From: Octopus vulgaris
Taxonomy: Eukaryota
Direction: 5' to 3'
Length of the DNA: 64,000 nt
NCBI GenBank assembly: GCA_951406725.2
Contig: OX597821.1
Coordinates: forward strand, 22,444,001-22,508,000
Shown here: piece after piece, positions 37,627 to 50,818 of the stretch
Numbering within the stretch: the stretch's first letter is position 1
How the letters are laid out: each line of letters starts with the position of its first letter
Program-made: the position numbers and the translations under genes
The notes under the pieces: generated by a model
The model's input: only the letters and a program-made list of their open reading frames with translations
Databases searched by the model: none
Told to the model about the DNA's origin: nothing

Positions 37627-38855
37627 ATAGATGTCGAATATGAGAGATCTACCATAGGTGCAGACATGGCTGTGTGGTAAGAAGTTTACTTCCTAACCAC
37701 ATAGTTTCAGCTTCAGTCCCACTGCATGGCTCCTTGGCAAGTGTCTTTTACTATAGCCCTGAGCTGATAAAAACCCTATGAGTGTATTTGATTGCTGGAA
37801 ACTTAAAGTCCTTAATACATGTCCATGTGTGGATGTGCTTGTTTGTTATTGTCTACTGGCCTTGGTAAATGAGTGTCACTGTCATCCAAGCAGTATCCTT
37901 TGTTTCTATTCTTCTGAGACACGTCTGGTCATGGGGGGGGAAATATTACCTTATTTGGAAACGGACGAGGGTTTGTGAACAACAAAGAGGGCTTCCAGCT
38001 GTTGAAAATCTGGAAATGATTATGAGGGCATTTGGCTTTCGAAAATTTGCCTCAGCAAATTTTGTCTAACTCATCATGTGAGCATGGAAAAATAAACATT
38101 AAAACGATTATAATGACTGTGATGATGAATATTGACTGACACACTGAAGGATTTATCGTACATTAAATCAATGGTGCCTTCATTTCATCTGTGACTTTCT
38201 TCTTTTTTTCTTCTTTTTTTTTCCAAGCATGTGCCTGTTACATGTAATTGAGCTTGTTACTGTTATTTCTGATGAAGAAAAAGCAAACACCATTGACAAC
38301 TGGACAGAAAAATGAGATTTTACTGTGTCTGGGCTACGGTGAAGAGACCTAAAAGGATTCCACAAGCGTACACTGTCTTATTGGTTGACTGGCATAAAAG
38401 ACTCTGTAAACATGCTGAATTCATATAATTATGTTCACGTAAAAAGCACCTCCGTCCGTGGCCGTTTGCCTGCTCCGGGTGGCACGTAAAAAGCACCCAC
38501 TACACTCACGGAGTGGTTGGCGTTAGGAAGGGCATCCAGCCGTAGAAACCCTGCCTGATCAGACTGGGCCTGATGCAGCCTTCTGGCTTCACAGACCCCA
38601 GTTGAACCGTCCAACCCATGCTAGCATGGAAAGCGGATGCTAAATGATGATGATGATGATGATGATGTCTTCTTTTGTTGATGATCAGTTTGTTTATCTG
38701 AATGAGAAATGAAAGGAGCATGACATTTGCAACATTGGAGATCAATCCCACCTGCACCAACAGAAAAACACTCACACTTGGAATGATAGATGATTTTACT
38801 GACTTCCCGAGGCGCAAGTGAAGACTCACTGCTTCAATTTCAGTTTTATGAAAAA

Positions 38856-39250
38856 CTAGCAGTATCGCCCGGAGTTGCTCGGGTTTGTAAGGGAAATAAC
38901 TATATAAGCATTTTTAGAGATGTAAAGTATAATAGCCATCTCAATATGGCTAACCACAAAAAGGGGGTGTTACTGTAGCTTTTTGCGTTCTGAGATTTAA
39001 TAATAAATTTTTAGAGAGTTACTTCCCTTATATATGCCAAAAATGCATTAAAAAATGGGAAAAATTTGGTGAATTTTTTTTAAAATCGTAGACTCATCGT
39101 AGACGCGCGCTAATACTCAGAAGGGCTCGATATGAATCACGACTATAAGATACCCGGTTTTGGTTAAACTGCACCACAAAATGTGGGAGTAGTTAGGAAT
39201 CTAAATTGTAGGGGACAGACAGCACACAACCTCACTTTTATATATAAAGA
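38856..39250 (-). mobile_element. Non-autonomous Helitron
   Basis: 5' TCTTTATATATAAAAG, 3' hairpin CCCGAGCAACTCCGGG plus CTAG, A|T target. Confidence 0.85.
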
Positions 39251-39505
39251 TTAACTAGTTGGGTGATAAATCATTTCCCCCACCGGAATAGGATGATGGT
39301 CTTGTTCAAGTAGCATTGTTTTATGATGCAATAGTGACCATCCCTTTTGAGTGCAATAAACTAAAACAATATTGAATATTTTTGCTATCTAAATTGAGAA
39401 CACATAAGAAGTAAGATGTATCTCCATCCAGATAGGACACAAGGCTATATCTGGGGAAAATCTAACGTGTTTCTTAAACCGAAATGTAAAAATGATCCAT
39501 TATAC

Positions 39506-39737
39506 CAGGGGTTTCCCAACTGGGGTCTATGAAAATTTTTCAGGGGCCATGAAAAAAACAAAAAAACTATGCTTCAGTAAAGTTTGTGTGCAATAAATTG
39601 GTTATATGTCCACAATACACAAAATATTTTGATAATTTTTGTACAAGCCTTAATAATATTTAATTATAAAAATACAATAGGATTGTAAAATAGGAAACAA
39701 AGGGGTCCATGGGGAAAAAATTGGTTGAGAAATTCTG
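39506..39737. mobile_element. hAT-like MITE
   Basis: CAGGGGTTTCCCAAC...GTTGAGAAATTCTG; 8-bp TSD CATTATAC/CACTATAC. Confidence 0.7.
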
Positions 39738-41079
39738 CACTATACCAAGAGTGAAGAAGTTCTTTTTTTTTTTTTATTGGCGGTGCTCCAGCATGGCCAC
39801 AGTCACACATGACTAAAACAAATGAAAGAAAAAAGAAGTCAAATTACTTGTGCAGAAGAAATTGTTGGGTTACATCTATGCTGAGAGAAATAACTTTTTA
39901 ATTTTACAATTTTACAAGTATGTAGATTATGTTACATTATTACTCTTGTGGTCTTGAGGCTTATCCCTTTTGTTGTCCTGTTTCTATAGAATTTCATTGT
40001 CTTTGTTTCATTTAATTGTGAAAATAATGAAGAATTTAGTAAAACAACTTTGTATGAAGCTGGTGTTTGGAACACAACTTAATATGAAATTTTGATGGAA
40101 GTTTTTAATTTAGATCACTTTAAGATACAAATATTGCATTGTAAAACCAGGAGTGGTCTCAGGTGGGTTGGCACCAAAAGGGTTAAACTGTTTTTTTTTC
40201 TTTAGAATTTTTTTAGAGATTTTGTCAGCAAGGAATTTCCCACCACTGATCTATGCTGTTGCTTGATCAGCTACCTCTTGCAGTCAAAGCCTCTTCAAAT
40301 CACACCCTACTACCTTGTGAAAAGAAGACTTATGTCTTAGGTTTGTCACAACCCTCCAGGATTGTTAGGATGGTGCTTGTCAAGGTTTCTGTTTCTTAAA
40401 AGGATACACACATTGGATGATATTTTTGTCTTTTATTTTTTGCCTGTTCCGCTCATTAGACTACAGCCATGCTGGGACACCGTCTTGAAGGGTTTAGTCA
40501 AACAAATTGATTCTAGTATTTTAAACTTGGTTCTTATTCTATTGGTCTCTAATTGCTGAACCATTAACTTATGGGGATGTAAACAAACCAACATCAGCTG
40601 TCAAATGGTGGTGGTGGTGAGAGGACACACACAAGGACATGCTCCCACCCAGTTTCTTTGTACTAAATTTACTCGCAAGCTATGGGTTGGCTCAGGGCTA
40701 TTGTAGAAGACACTTGCCCAAGGTGCCGTGCAGTGAAACTGAACCTGAAACCATGTGTTTGCCGACTGAGCTTCTTAACCACACAATCATGCCTACACTT
40801 GAATTTAAAAGAAACAAAACTAGCAACACACACAGGTGACTCTAATATGGTGGATCAGAGCTGCCTGAAGATAAACAACACCGACAATTTTAATAACGTG
40901 GACCACTTAACCTAATAAATTGAAATAATTAGTCTATGTTTAATGAGAACACTGTGAACCTCCCCACTCATTGAGAGATAATTGTGGATAGTAGTCGTTT
41001 GCAGCAGCAATGCTCATTTAACTTAATTTATTTGCAAAAGGTGTGGTGGGGCAGCATTAAATATATGTATACATGTATA

Positions 41080-41310
41080 GGCAGCAAGCTGGCAGAAACG
41101 TTAGCGTGCCGGGCGAAATGCGTAGCCGTATTTCATCTGTCGTTACGTTCCGAGTTCAAATTCCGCCGAGGTCGACTTTGCCTTTCATCCTTTCGGGGTC
41201 GATAAATTAAGTACCAGTTACGCACTGGGGTCGATGTAATCGACTTAATCCGTTTATCTGTCCTTGTTTGTCCCCTCTGTGTTTAGCTCCTTGTGGGTAG
41301 TAAAGAAATA
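41080..41310 (+). mobile_element. SINE family B, young full-length copy
   Basis: tRNA-like head, central domain, tail ...CCTTGTGGGTAGTAAAGAAATA. Confidence 0.9.
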
Positions 41311-42206
41311 TATGTATACACTTCTTTACCACAGACAAACACAAAAAAACATGCTCTTATAATCTCTTCATTCCATATACTTTGGTAATTGTTCCTTGGC
41401 AATGGACACATTTAGTAATGAAGTGCCACTGTGGCTGGTGGTGGCAGTGATGCAAGGGAAAAACCATTTGGATGTTTGGTGTGGTGGTACTGATGGTGGA
41501 CTTTATGATGTTCATTTAAAAAGCCTTGTTTGTTCATTTTACTTTTTTTTTTCACACTAGTATGGGCAAATTGTATATATTACATTGTGTAAGAATTATA
41601 ATAAAAAATGTTTTTCCTTTGGTCAGTGAGTGTTATTTCCTATTTACTTCTATCTAGAAATCAAAGGAAATGACTAATATTCCCTTCAGACTTTGCTTTT
41701 GTGATTTTGACAACAATGTCTTGAAACTGACCTATTTTCCATTACATTTCAGTCAGATTCAACGCTGAACTGCTGCAGCAGAAATATTGTTGTAGCAAAT
41801 ATTCAGCTCAATACCACAGATTTGCTTGTCAGTTGCTTGACCTTAATCACTTGGGCATGTCCCTTAGTGGCTAACAGATCATGAGCAGGAGTAGTGGTGG
41901 AGCATCATAGCCATGTGTTGAGAGGGATTCATAAGGGTTTGAATAGATGTAACAAAAGCATGGGTTGAAGGAAATATTAGCCATTTTTCATAGTTTCTAA
42001 GGGTAAGCAAATAGGAAATAACAGTTGCTACCCAAGGACAAAAATCATGTTACACAGTGCTTTGCAACCAAGTGCCCTTCCTCTTACTCGCTTTTCGTGT
42101 GAAGGTTATTTTTCTTATTTCACACACTATTCTTAACAAGTGACTTTTGTAGAGCACAAGTGTAAAGAGAAACAAAGACATGCACAGACGCATAAACACA
42201 CACACG

Positions 42207-42266
<60 letters not shown>

Positions 42267-42268
<2 letters not shown>

Positions 42269-42495
42269 CGGCGAGCTGGCAGAAACGTTAGTGCGCCGGG
42301 CGAAATGCGTTGCCGTATTTCATCTGTCGTTATGTTCCAAGTTCAAATTTCGCCAAGGTCAACTGTGCCTTTCATCCTTTCAGGGTCAATAAATTAAGTA
42401 CCAGTTATGCACTGGGGTCGATGTAATCGACTTAATCCGTTTCTGTCCTTGTTTGTCCCCTCTGTGTTTAGCTCCTTGAGGGTAGTAAAGAAATA
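42267..42495 (+). mobile_element. SINE family B, full-length copy within (TA)n
   Basis: Near-identical to 41080-41310. Confidence 0.9.
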
Positions 42496-42739
42496 TATAT
42501 ATATATGTATACAGACAATAGAATGTGCTCAGTATAGAAAACACATTGCAGTGTTCATGAGGATTTGAGCATAAACTCTGAATTCTTGATCCAGAGTAAG
42601 GTCCGTACCATCAAGAGTGGCTATATTATCTGTGTGTGTTATATACATATATGTATGTATTTGTGTGTGTATACATACATACACATGCATACACATAGAC
42701 TTGTACAAATATACATACATACATATGTATATATACATA

Positions 42740-43119
42740 CTCTTTACTCTTTTACTTGTTTCAGTCATTTGACTGCGGCCATGCTGGAGCACCGCCTTTA
42801 ATCGAGCAACTCAACCCCGGGACTTATTCTTTGTAAGCCCAGTACTTATTCTATCGGTCTCTTTTGCCGAACCGCTAAGTGACGGGGACATAAACACACC
42901 AGCATCGGTTGTCAAGCAATGCTAGGGGGACAAACACACACACGCACATATATACATATATATGACGGGCTTCTTTCAGTTTCCATATACCAAATCCACT
43001 CACAAGGCTTTGGTCGGCCCGAGGCTATAGTAAAAGACACTTGCCCAAGGTTCCACGCAGTGGGACTGAACCCGGAAACATGTGGTTGGTAAACAAGCTA
43101 CTTACCACACAGCCACTCC
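42740..43119 (-). mobile_element. SINE family A, young copy
   Basis: Near-identical to 28553-28947. Confidence 0.9.
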
Positions 43120-45282
43120 ATGCATATTATAGATATATATTCTTGGCTCAAATCATATTACTAGGCTGCTAAGATGAAAAAGAAGGTGCAGTCAAGAAAG
43201 AATAAGAAGCATGTTGTAATCCATACAATAATCTGGTACACGCATGCTGGAACAAGGTATGACTGAGCTTATTCTCTGGAGGAGAGAATACAAATCCTTA
43301 ATTCATACTCTACAAATGATCACAATATTAGGGACTACAAAAATTCTCCAAAGGATGATGGTTAAAACAATCTGCTTTCCTTCACAACTTTGCTACTAAT
43401 TAGCTGGTCAATCAAAATTCACTCAAAATTTAAAAAAGGAATGAACACACACACACACATGAGTTTACTGTATTATAAAAGTGACAAAGCCACTTTACTG
43501 TCCAAAGCCAAGTTTACCTAGGTAATATAATGTGGTAGAGTTCACTCTACTGTATATGTTGAATGTAACTGTCAGCAATACAGTCTATCTAGTTATATGT
43601 AGGTCCTGCAGTGATATTGTTCACTCTACTGTGTTAACTGGTTATGATCATAGCTCTCAACAGCACACTTTCAGGTAGCTGTAACTAGATTCCACTGTGT
43701 AGTATAGCTCTCTGTCCAAGGTGCCACCCTCGTCTATGGATAGAAGAGGCAATTTAGTCTCCCTTTTACTGTCTGCCATTGAGGTGGGTGCATTACCAAA
43801 AGAGCACGAGAGGCATCACTTCTCCATTGTGCCAAGTAGTTTCACCTGCAGCAGAGGTCATTGCTGCTGCTGATCAAGAGCTGGCCTTGATGTTGACCCA
43901 TGACTCGCAGCCAAAGAAGGAGATAGCTCTTTGTTCTATATTAATAGTTACTCAGTGATATTGTTAACTTAAGTATCTCAGAATAGTATCCGCATACTAT
44001 TCTCCATTACTTCCGCTGTTAAGATGTGCAAACTCCACGTCATCTGAGGAATTTTACAGCCTCTTCAAGTGGAGTTTTTATCTCGTGTCCAATTAAAAGC
44101 ATGAAATGATGTTGACAAGCACCTCTCCTTAAAAGGCCTTTCAGTATTAGCTGGTGGTTATCATAAAGCCTTGTTCCGTCATCAGGTTATCATAAAGCCT
44201 TGTTCCGTCATCAAGGAAATACTAAAAATAGCAAGACTGATGGACATTAAAATAATAATGATGTTGATGATGACATTCCAGAAACTGTGAACCAACTGAT
44301 GTTGGCTCACAATTTCCAAAACAGGAAAAGAAAAATGCCATACATATGTATGTATATATATATATATATATATATATTTATTACTCTGTCTTATACTTCC
44401 AACTGCGCCTATCTTTCTTAGACAACTTTATAAACATTTTAGTTGGTTTTGTTGTACGTTCACCACTTATATTACAACACTATTATGGCCAAATGCCTTG
44501 CAGTATTTATTCTAGCCCATTGCATTCAAATGCTTAGCGACATCTTGTCCATCTTCACATTCTGAGTTCAAATTCTGCTGAAGTCAACTTTGCCATTCAT
44601 CCATTTGGGGTCGATAAAATAAGTACCAGTTGAAGACTGGGGTCAATGTAATCGATTATCCCCTCCCCTAATATTCAGGTCATGTGCCTGTAGCAGAAAA
44701 GATTGTTATTATCATTATTATTATTATTATTATTATTATGAAGGCGACAAACTGGCAGAAACGTTAGCATGTTTAGCAGCATTTTGTTCATCTTTACATT
44801 CTGAATTCAAAGACAGTCAAGGTTGACTTTGCTTCTTATCCTTTTGGGGGTCAATGAAATAAATACCAGTTAAGCACTTGGGTCAATGTAATTGGCTTTC
44901 TCCTTTTCCCTGAAATTGCTGGCCTTGTGCCAAAATTTGAAACCAATATTCTGCAACAGCATGTCTGACCCTAGGGAGATATTACCTTGCTTGAAAGTGA
45001 GTAAGTGTAGGCAACTGCAGGTGTCAAGTTTTGTGATTTGCTCATTTCATAAGCACAGGTATAGGAACAAAGATCAAATAGCTGTAAACTGCAATTTTCA
45101 GTCTCGCCGTAGCAGAAGCAAAGCAAACAGAACCTATGAGAAAGAGTAACAACATCAGCCGTGACCCTGTTTATTTTAATTGCAATATATATAAGAAAAA
45201 ATGGACGAGTCCACATAAGACTCATACATGCCATGTGATTGGTGGTTTCTAATTACTTAAACAAATATATATTTCTTTACTT

Positions 45283-45288
45283 AAAAAA
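45283..45288 (-). terminator. Pol III terminator (T6) of the tRNA-Lys relic
   Basis: TTTTTT on the minus strand 8 nt after the tRNA 3' end. Confidence 0.6.
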
Positions 45289-45296
45289 TTACCTTA

Positions 45297-45382
45297 CGCC
45301 CCGCAGAGGGACTTGAACCCGCGACCCTCAGATTACTTCTAAGGTTGACCCATAAAAGTCTGATGCTCTACCGACTGAGCTA
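45297..45382 (-). tRNA. tRNA-Lys(UUU): Intron-containing tRNA-Lys(UUU), probable pseudogene lacking the 5' acceptor strand
   Basis: Minus strand TAGCTCAGTCGGTAGAGCATCAGACTTTTA-[19-nt intron 45352-45334]-ATCTGAGGGTCGCGGGTTCAAGTCCCTCTGCGGGGCG. D arm and anticodon arm match eukaryotic tRNA-Lys(UUU); intron at canonical 37/38; upstream CAAACAC cannot pair with the 3' acceptor strand. Confidence 0.85.
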
Positions 45383-45624
45383 GTGTTTGTTATATGTTCG
45401 TTAGGAGTTCAATACATGACAAAAAGGACATCTATCTGATTGCAAAAAACCTACCATAAGTTCGGTCTGATCCATGCAAGCATGGAAAAGTAGACATTAA
45501 AAGAATGATGATTGACATACAAAGAGGAGCACGCATGCATGCACACACACACACACTTCAAACAAGCATGTATGCACTTGGAAATATCACATTGTCACAG
45601 CATAAATTCCCACTCCACATAAAT

Positions 45625-45950
45625 GTTAGTTAGTTAGTTAATTTTTGGCTCAAAAAGCAAAAAGCAAGGCCATGTAGGGGGACATGGAGTTATGTACAGG
45701 GTGGTGTTCATGTAAAGAGTTCAGGCCACTTGTGGTCAAGGGAGGCTTTGAACCGAGCAGTCGTCGGCAGCTTCACCATCTCGTCCGGCAGCTTATTCCA
45801 CGGATCCGCAACCCGGACGGCGAAAGCCCCTCTCCTTCGATTGAGATGAAATCATCGCAGATAGAACTTTTCGGAGTGACCCCACAGCCAACGCTCTGGA
45901 GCAGGAGTGAAGAACAGCTCTTTCGAGAGGTTACACTTTCCGCTTACGAT
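45625..45950 (-). mobile_element. CR1-type LINE 3' fragment with (TAAC)n tail
   Basis: Near-identical to 19298-19625. Confidence 0.85.
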
Positions 45951-47909
45951 AATATAAAATATATCGTCACAAAAATGTGTTATTTGTGTGTGTATGTATA
46001 ACAGTGTGTTTGTTCGTGTCTGTGTGTGAGTTTCTGTTTTAGCTTTCAGTCACACCCTTTACTCTGTGCTATTCCTGTGGGTGGATTCTTTTGACAAAAT
46101 CTTAGAAATACACATGCAAGCATACACAATTTCCTTTCCAAATAGTTTGCCTGGTGTTTGTTTATTAGTGATTTGCACACACACACACACACACACATAG
46201 ATTGATAGCAGTACCTTGTTTTTAGTGTTGATGGTGGTGACTGGCATTGTTGGGTCATCTGAGAGAGGGGTCAAGTAAGATAATCTCTTTAAGTTGAAAC
46301 CTATTGATTAGATAGAGAGGGGATAATTTAGACAGCATCGGGGTGGTGGTGGTGGTGGTGGTAGCAGTATTATAATAGTTGCAACAATTTAAGTAGAAGC
46401 AGTGATGGTGGTAGTGGTGGAGTAAGCAGCTGTGATAGTCTAGATGGTGGTGGTGGTGGTGGTGGTGGTGGTGGTAAGGGTTGTGATATTCCCTACGGTG
46501 GTATTGCAGTGGTTGCGAAAATGTAGGTTAGTTGTGCTCAGGAAACTGTAGAGTGTTATTTGATAATTTGTAGTAATAGTGGTGGTGGTGATAGTAGTAG
46601 TAGTAGTAGTTGTGATGGTGATTGTTGTTGTTCAGCCGGTTGGTCAGGCTCAGTCAGTTGATCTTGTGTTGTGGTGGTGGTGGTGTAGTGGTACAGATCA
46701 GGAACAATTAGAGCAAAGAACTACTTGTCTAGAGCAAGAGTGTCTCCACTTGAACATGTCAGTCATGTTGGGTGAATCAGTTTTCAATAAAAGCAAAAAA
46801 AAAAAAAAACTATTTCTCCTATTAATTGCATCAGATATTTTTATCATTATTATTTCTTATGAATATTTTATGGCTGCTGCTGTTGCTGCCCCCTGCCTTC
46901 CCACTGACCATTCCTACATATAAACACACTTTAGCCAGGGTAAGTCTTCCCCCCCCCCCATACAACGTACACTGCTTGCTCCTCCAACCTCTCTCCAAAC
47001 AGGTAATATTTTGAATAAGAACTGATTTGGATTTGAATGATCCTTTCCAACCCAAACTAGAATGGAAGATGGATGTAAAATATATTGATTTCAAATTTTG
47101 GCACAAGGCCAGCAATTTCAGATGAGTGGGTAGATCAATTACATCGACCCCTGTGCTCAACTTCTACTTAATTTATCATCTCCTAGAGGATGAAAGGCAA
47201 AGTCAACCTCAGCAGAATGTAAAAAAAAAAATGGATGTGATTTTGAGGAAGATTTGGTCAGTAATCTCTACAGGTGGCCTTGTAGGGGCTCCCTCTTGGG
47301 CAGATTGCAACCTGCAGGACATTATGTATGCCATGGCATTGGAAAATTGCCATGACTTATTTTTAGTGGTGTGGCCTGCCTTATAATAGACTATGTGTCT
47401 TGTGCTACCTGCTTCTTGAAAGAGGTTGCCCACACTTGTTGTAGAGGCTCCTTCTTTGGTTCAAAGTTTGTTGACCATGGGCCAGAATCTGGTCAAATAG
47501 ATTTGACCTGTAGCATGAAGCATTTGGTCAGTGTTTCTGTCGGATTATGTAGTCCTAGGTACACTTGGTCTGAATAGAAGAAATAAGGTATCTAGAACAC
47601 TACTGAGGATAGGTCTGCCAGTTTAGGGCTGACCTTGGTCTAAACAACAATAGCAATTTCACTTCTCTGACTCAGCTTAATAATTCAACATACTAGAAGC
47701 AGCAGCAGCCAGATTTTCCTCAAATCACATACTGGTCTTTGGCCCTGCTGGGGCACCATCTTGAAAGGTTTAGTTGAACCAAAGGGCCCTAGTACTTTTT
47801 ATTTTTTTTTAAAGCCTTGTACTTATTCTATTGGTTTCTTTTGCCAAACCACAAAGGACTTGAGACATGAACAAACCATCACCAGTTGTCAAGCACAGTG
47901 ACACACACA

Positions 47910-47946
<37 letters not shown>

Positions 47947-49163
47947 GGGTAAAGAGTAAAGACCCTTTCAATCATGAATGACCATGGGGTTGCACTGAGA
48001 AAGTTCCACTTCTGAGGCACAAGCCTAGGCAAGGTTGTTTACGGAAGTAATCAGGAAGGTTTTTAGAGAAAAAAATTTGAAATACTTGTCCAAGAGGCCA
48101 TGCAGTAGCATTGAACTCCAAATCAGGTGGTTGCAAGGCAAGCTTCTTGATTACACAGTCATACCTGCCCCAATACTTCTGAGGGACAGGTCTGGGATGG
48201 TGTCCACCACAACACTTTATGATAGTTCTGTTGGATTGGTGCTGCTATGGAACCATATAACAACAATTTGTTCTATAACATTTGTGCAGTCAGTTCTAAA
48301 GATGGTTCCAAAACATAGTTCAAAGATGGTATTTGATTTTAAAAAATCCTCTATCAGTCTTCCATTTCTTCTCTTAGAATTTTTATTTTTCCCTACTAAA
48401 TATCAGTGATTTGTCATCATTGTTGATGCTCTTGTTTGTTATTCTCCACCTGTAAAAACCACTCTAGTCTAATGGGTCCCATGGTTTTATTCAAAATTAA
48501 CCCTTGTCTTCCATCTTTCTTTTATTTCCACTTCTGTAAACTCTCTTTCCCTTGGCATTCAGCTGTTAATCTGCACCAAACCCAAAGATTTTATGTTCAA
48601 ATCTGCTATAATGATGAATGTTTTATATTTCTTTTTACTTTTTTGTAGTTTTTATTCCTTTATGTAGATCTTCTGTGTATATATGTATGTGTGTGAAAGT
48701 AAATCTGGATAGATTTCTTCCAATCCTTGAGGAAATTCTATCTTTCATTGACTTTGTCGTTCTATCTATGCAGGCTAACCAGTTTGTTCAAACAAGAAGC
48801 GCCTATAGTTAAAATAAACATAACGAAACATATTTGTACACGTTCCTATTAACATGCATGTACACACAAACACACACATTTCTACAAACATTTATACAGC
48901 CATATATTTAATACATGCCAACTCTGTGTAAACATATGTATCCACAAAGCCACACATTCACCCCATACATACAATCAACTACAGAGAGCCACATATGCAC
49001 CCACTAACTGCATGTATACAAAAACACCATATTCAAACCCTAGTTAACCATCATAGAAGCCTTGTATGGTCCTCCTATTTGCTAAAGGTAGCAGCCAAAT
49101 CTCCTCCAAAAGAGTTGAAGTAAACATCTCATAATGTAGTCGTACAATGTCTAGAAAAAGAAA

Positions 49164-49256
49164 TGGGATGGTCAGATTTGGAACGACTTTGATTTTAGGT
49201 TTGCTTGTTTAGGAACTATCTGGAACTAAACAACCCCCCCCACACACACACACACA

Positions 49257-49292
<36 letters not shown>

Positions 49293-49630
49293 TGTATAAT
49301 GCCCTTGTGTATTTCACCCATTAATGTATTCTTTCTTGGGATGGTCAGATTTGGAACAACTTTGATTTTAGGTTTGCTTGTTTAGGAACTATCTGGAACT
49401 AAACAACCACCACACAATATGACAACCACACACACATATTTCTGTATAATGCCCTTGTGTATTTCACCCATTAATGTATTCTTTCTTGGGGTGGTCAGAT
49501 TTGGAACAACTTTGATTTTAGGTTTGCTTGTTTAGGAACTAAGCAACCACCAAACAGTATGACAAATGCATATATTTCTTTAAAAATGCTCTTTTGTACT
49601 TCACCCTCACTAATATATTCTTTCTTTTCT
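49164..49630. repeat. Tandem triplication of a ~150-175-bp unit just upstream of the splice acceptor
   Basis: GGTCAGATTTGGAAC.ACTTTGATTTTAGGTTTGCTTGTTTAGGAACTA recurs at ~49170, ~49343 and ~49493. Confidence 0.9.
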
Positions 49631-49642
49631 GTGTCTTTTCAG

Positions 49643-49780
49643 TCTCTCAAGAAGCAAGCATCAACTGTTGAAGAGAATCATATGGATGATAGCAAAACTC
49701 GAATCCGACAGTCTGATGATCAAGATCGTTGTACCATCTGTTTACGCAATGTTCTTCATTGTTACAATGTTTTTATTCTG
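49643..49780 (+). CDS. Tetraspanin-like (CD151/Tspan11-type) coding exon: cytoplasmic N-terminus and start of TM1
   Basis: Branch-like CACTAAT (49608-49614), polypyrimidine tract and TTTCAG acceptor; frame SLKKQASTVEENH-MDDSKTRIRQSDDQDRCTICLRNVLHCYNVFIL then phase-0 donor GTTGGT at 49781. CxxCLxxxLxxYNxxxx| parallels CD151 CGTVCLKYLLFTYNCCFW|, where tetraspanins have a conserved intron. No later exon recognised in the window. Confidence 0.75.
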
Positions 49781-49912
49781 GTTGGTTTTTATTTTATAAT
49801 TTAAAAAAAATTTTTTTATTTTTTTTTACTTTACTCACTACGAAAGCAACAAACTGGCTGAATCACGACTACATCGGATAAATGTTCAGTGTTATTTCTT
49901 CCAGTTCTTTAA

Positions 49913-50122
49913 CCCTTTTGTTACTAAACCGGCTCTGGCTATGTGGTAAAATGTCTTGTTTTCATAAGTTTTGAATTAAAATATTCCACCAAGCTTTAGT
50001 CACAGTTTACATTCCTAACACTAGCTTAATAATAACTAAGTTATTTTACTAAATTCTTTGTTATATTTAAAATAATTGAAAGAAACAGAGAGCATCTCAA
50101 AATAAATGCAGTAATGAAAGGG
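49913..50122. mobile_element. piggyBac-type MITE, family 1
   Basis: TTAA TSDs and family TIRs. Confidence 0.9.
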
Positions 50123-50818
50123 TTAAATTATATTTTGTCTTTTATCTGTTTCAGTCATTAAACTGCGCCATGCTGGGGCACCACTTTGAAGAAGTTTTAG
50201 TTGAATGAAACAACCTTAGTACTTTTTTTTTTTCAGATTGGTACTTAACCCTTTAGTGTTTAAACCGGCCATATCCGGCCAAAATATTCTACCTATTTTA
50301 TGTTCAAACTAGTCAGATATTGTCATTCATAACTACCTTATTGTGTCATTTTAAAAATAGACAATCGCATCATTGAAATCTCAAAGCCATGAAATGATGC
50401 AAGATTAATTTTACATGGTGTGAATACATAAGCTTTACATTTTACAGAATAATCTGAATGCTAAAGGGTTAATCTATTGGTCTGTTATTGCCAAACCAAT
50501 GATTTACAGGGATGTAAACAAACCAACAGTCAAGTGGTAGTGGTGGTGGTGGGAGGAAAAACAGGCACACGCACATATATATGATGAGCTTCTTTCAGTT
50601 TCCATTTAACAATCCGCTGACAAGATTTTGGTCGGCCCAAGATAATAGTAGAAGGCACATGCCCAAGGTGCCATAACCATGTGGTTTGTGAAGGAAGCCT
50701 CTTCACCACACAGCCATACCTGAATTCAAATTCCATATTGGTCAGCTTTGCCTTTCATCCTTCAGGATGTTGATAAAATAAAGTGTATGTGTATATATAT
50801 ACATATATATATATATAA

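Noticed and set aside
49644-49804. Alternative frame LSRSKHQ...VPSVYAMFFIVTMFLFWLVFYFII* resembling a terminal TM helix
   Set aside because: No upstream exons of such a protein seen; the other frame matches the tetraspanin motif and intron position. Not fully excluded without RNA data.
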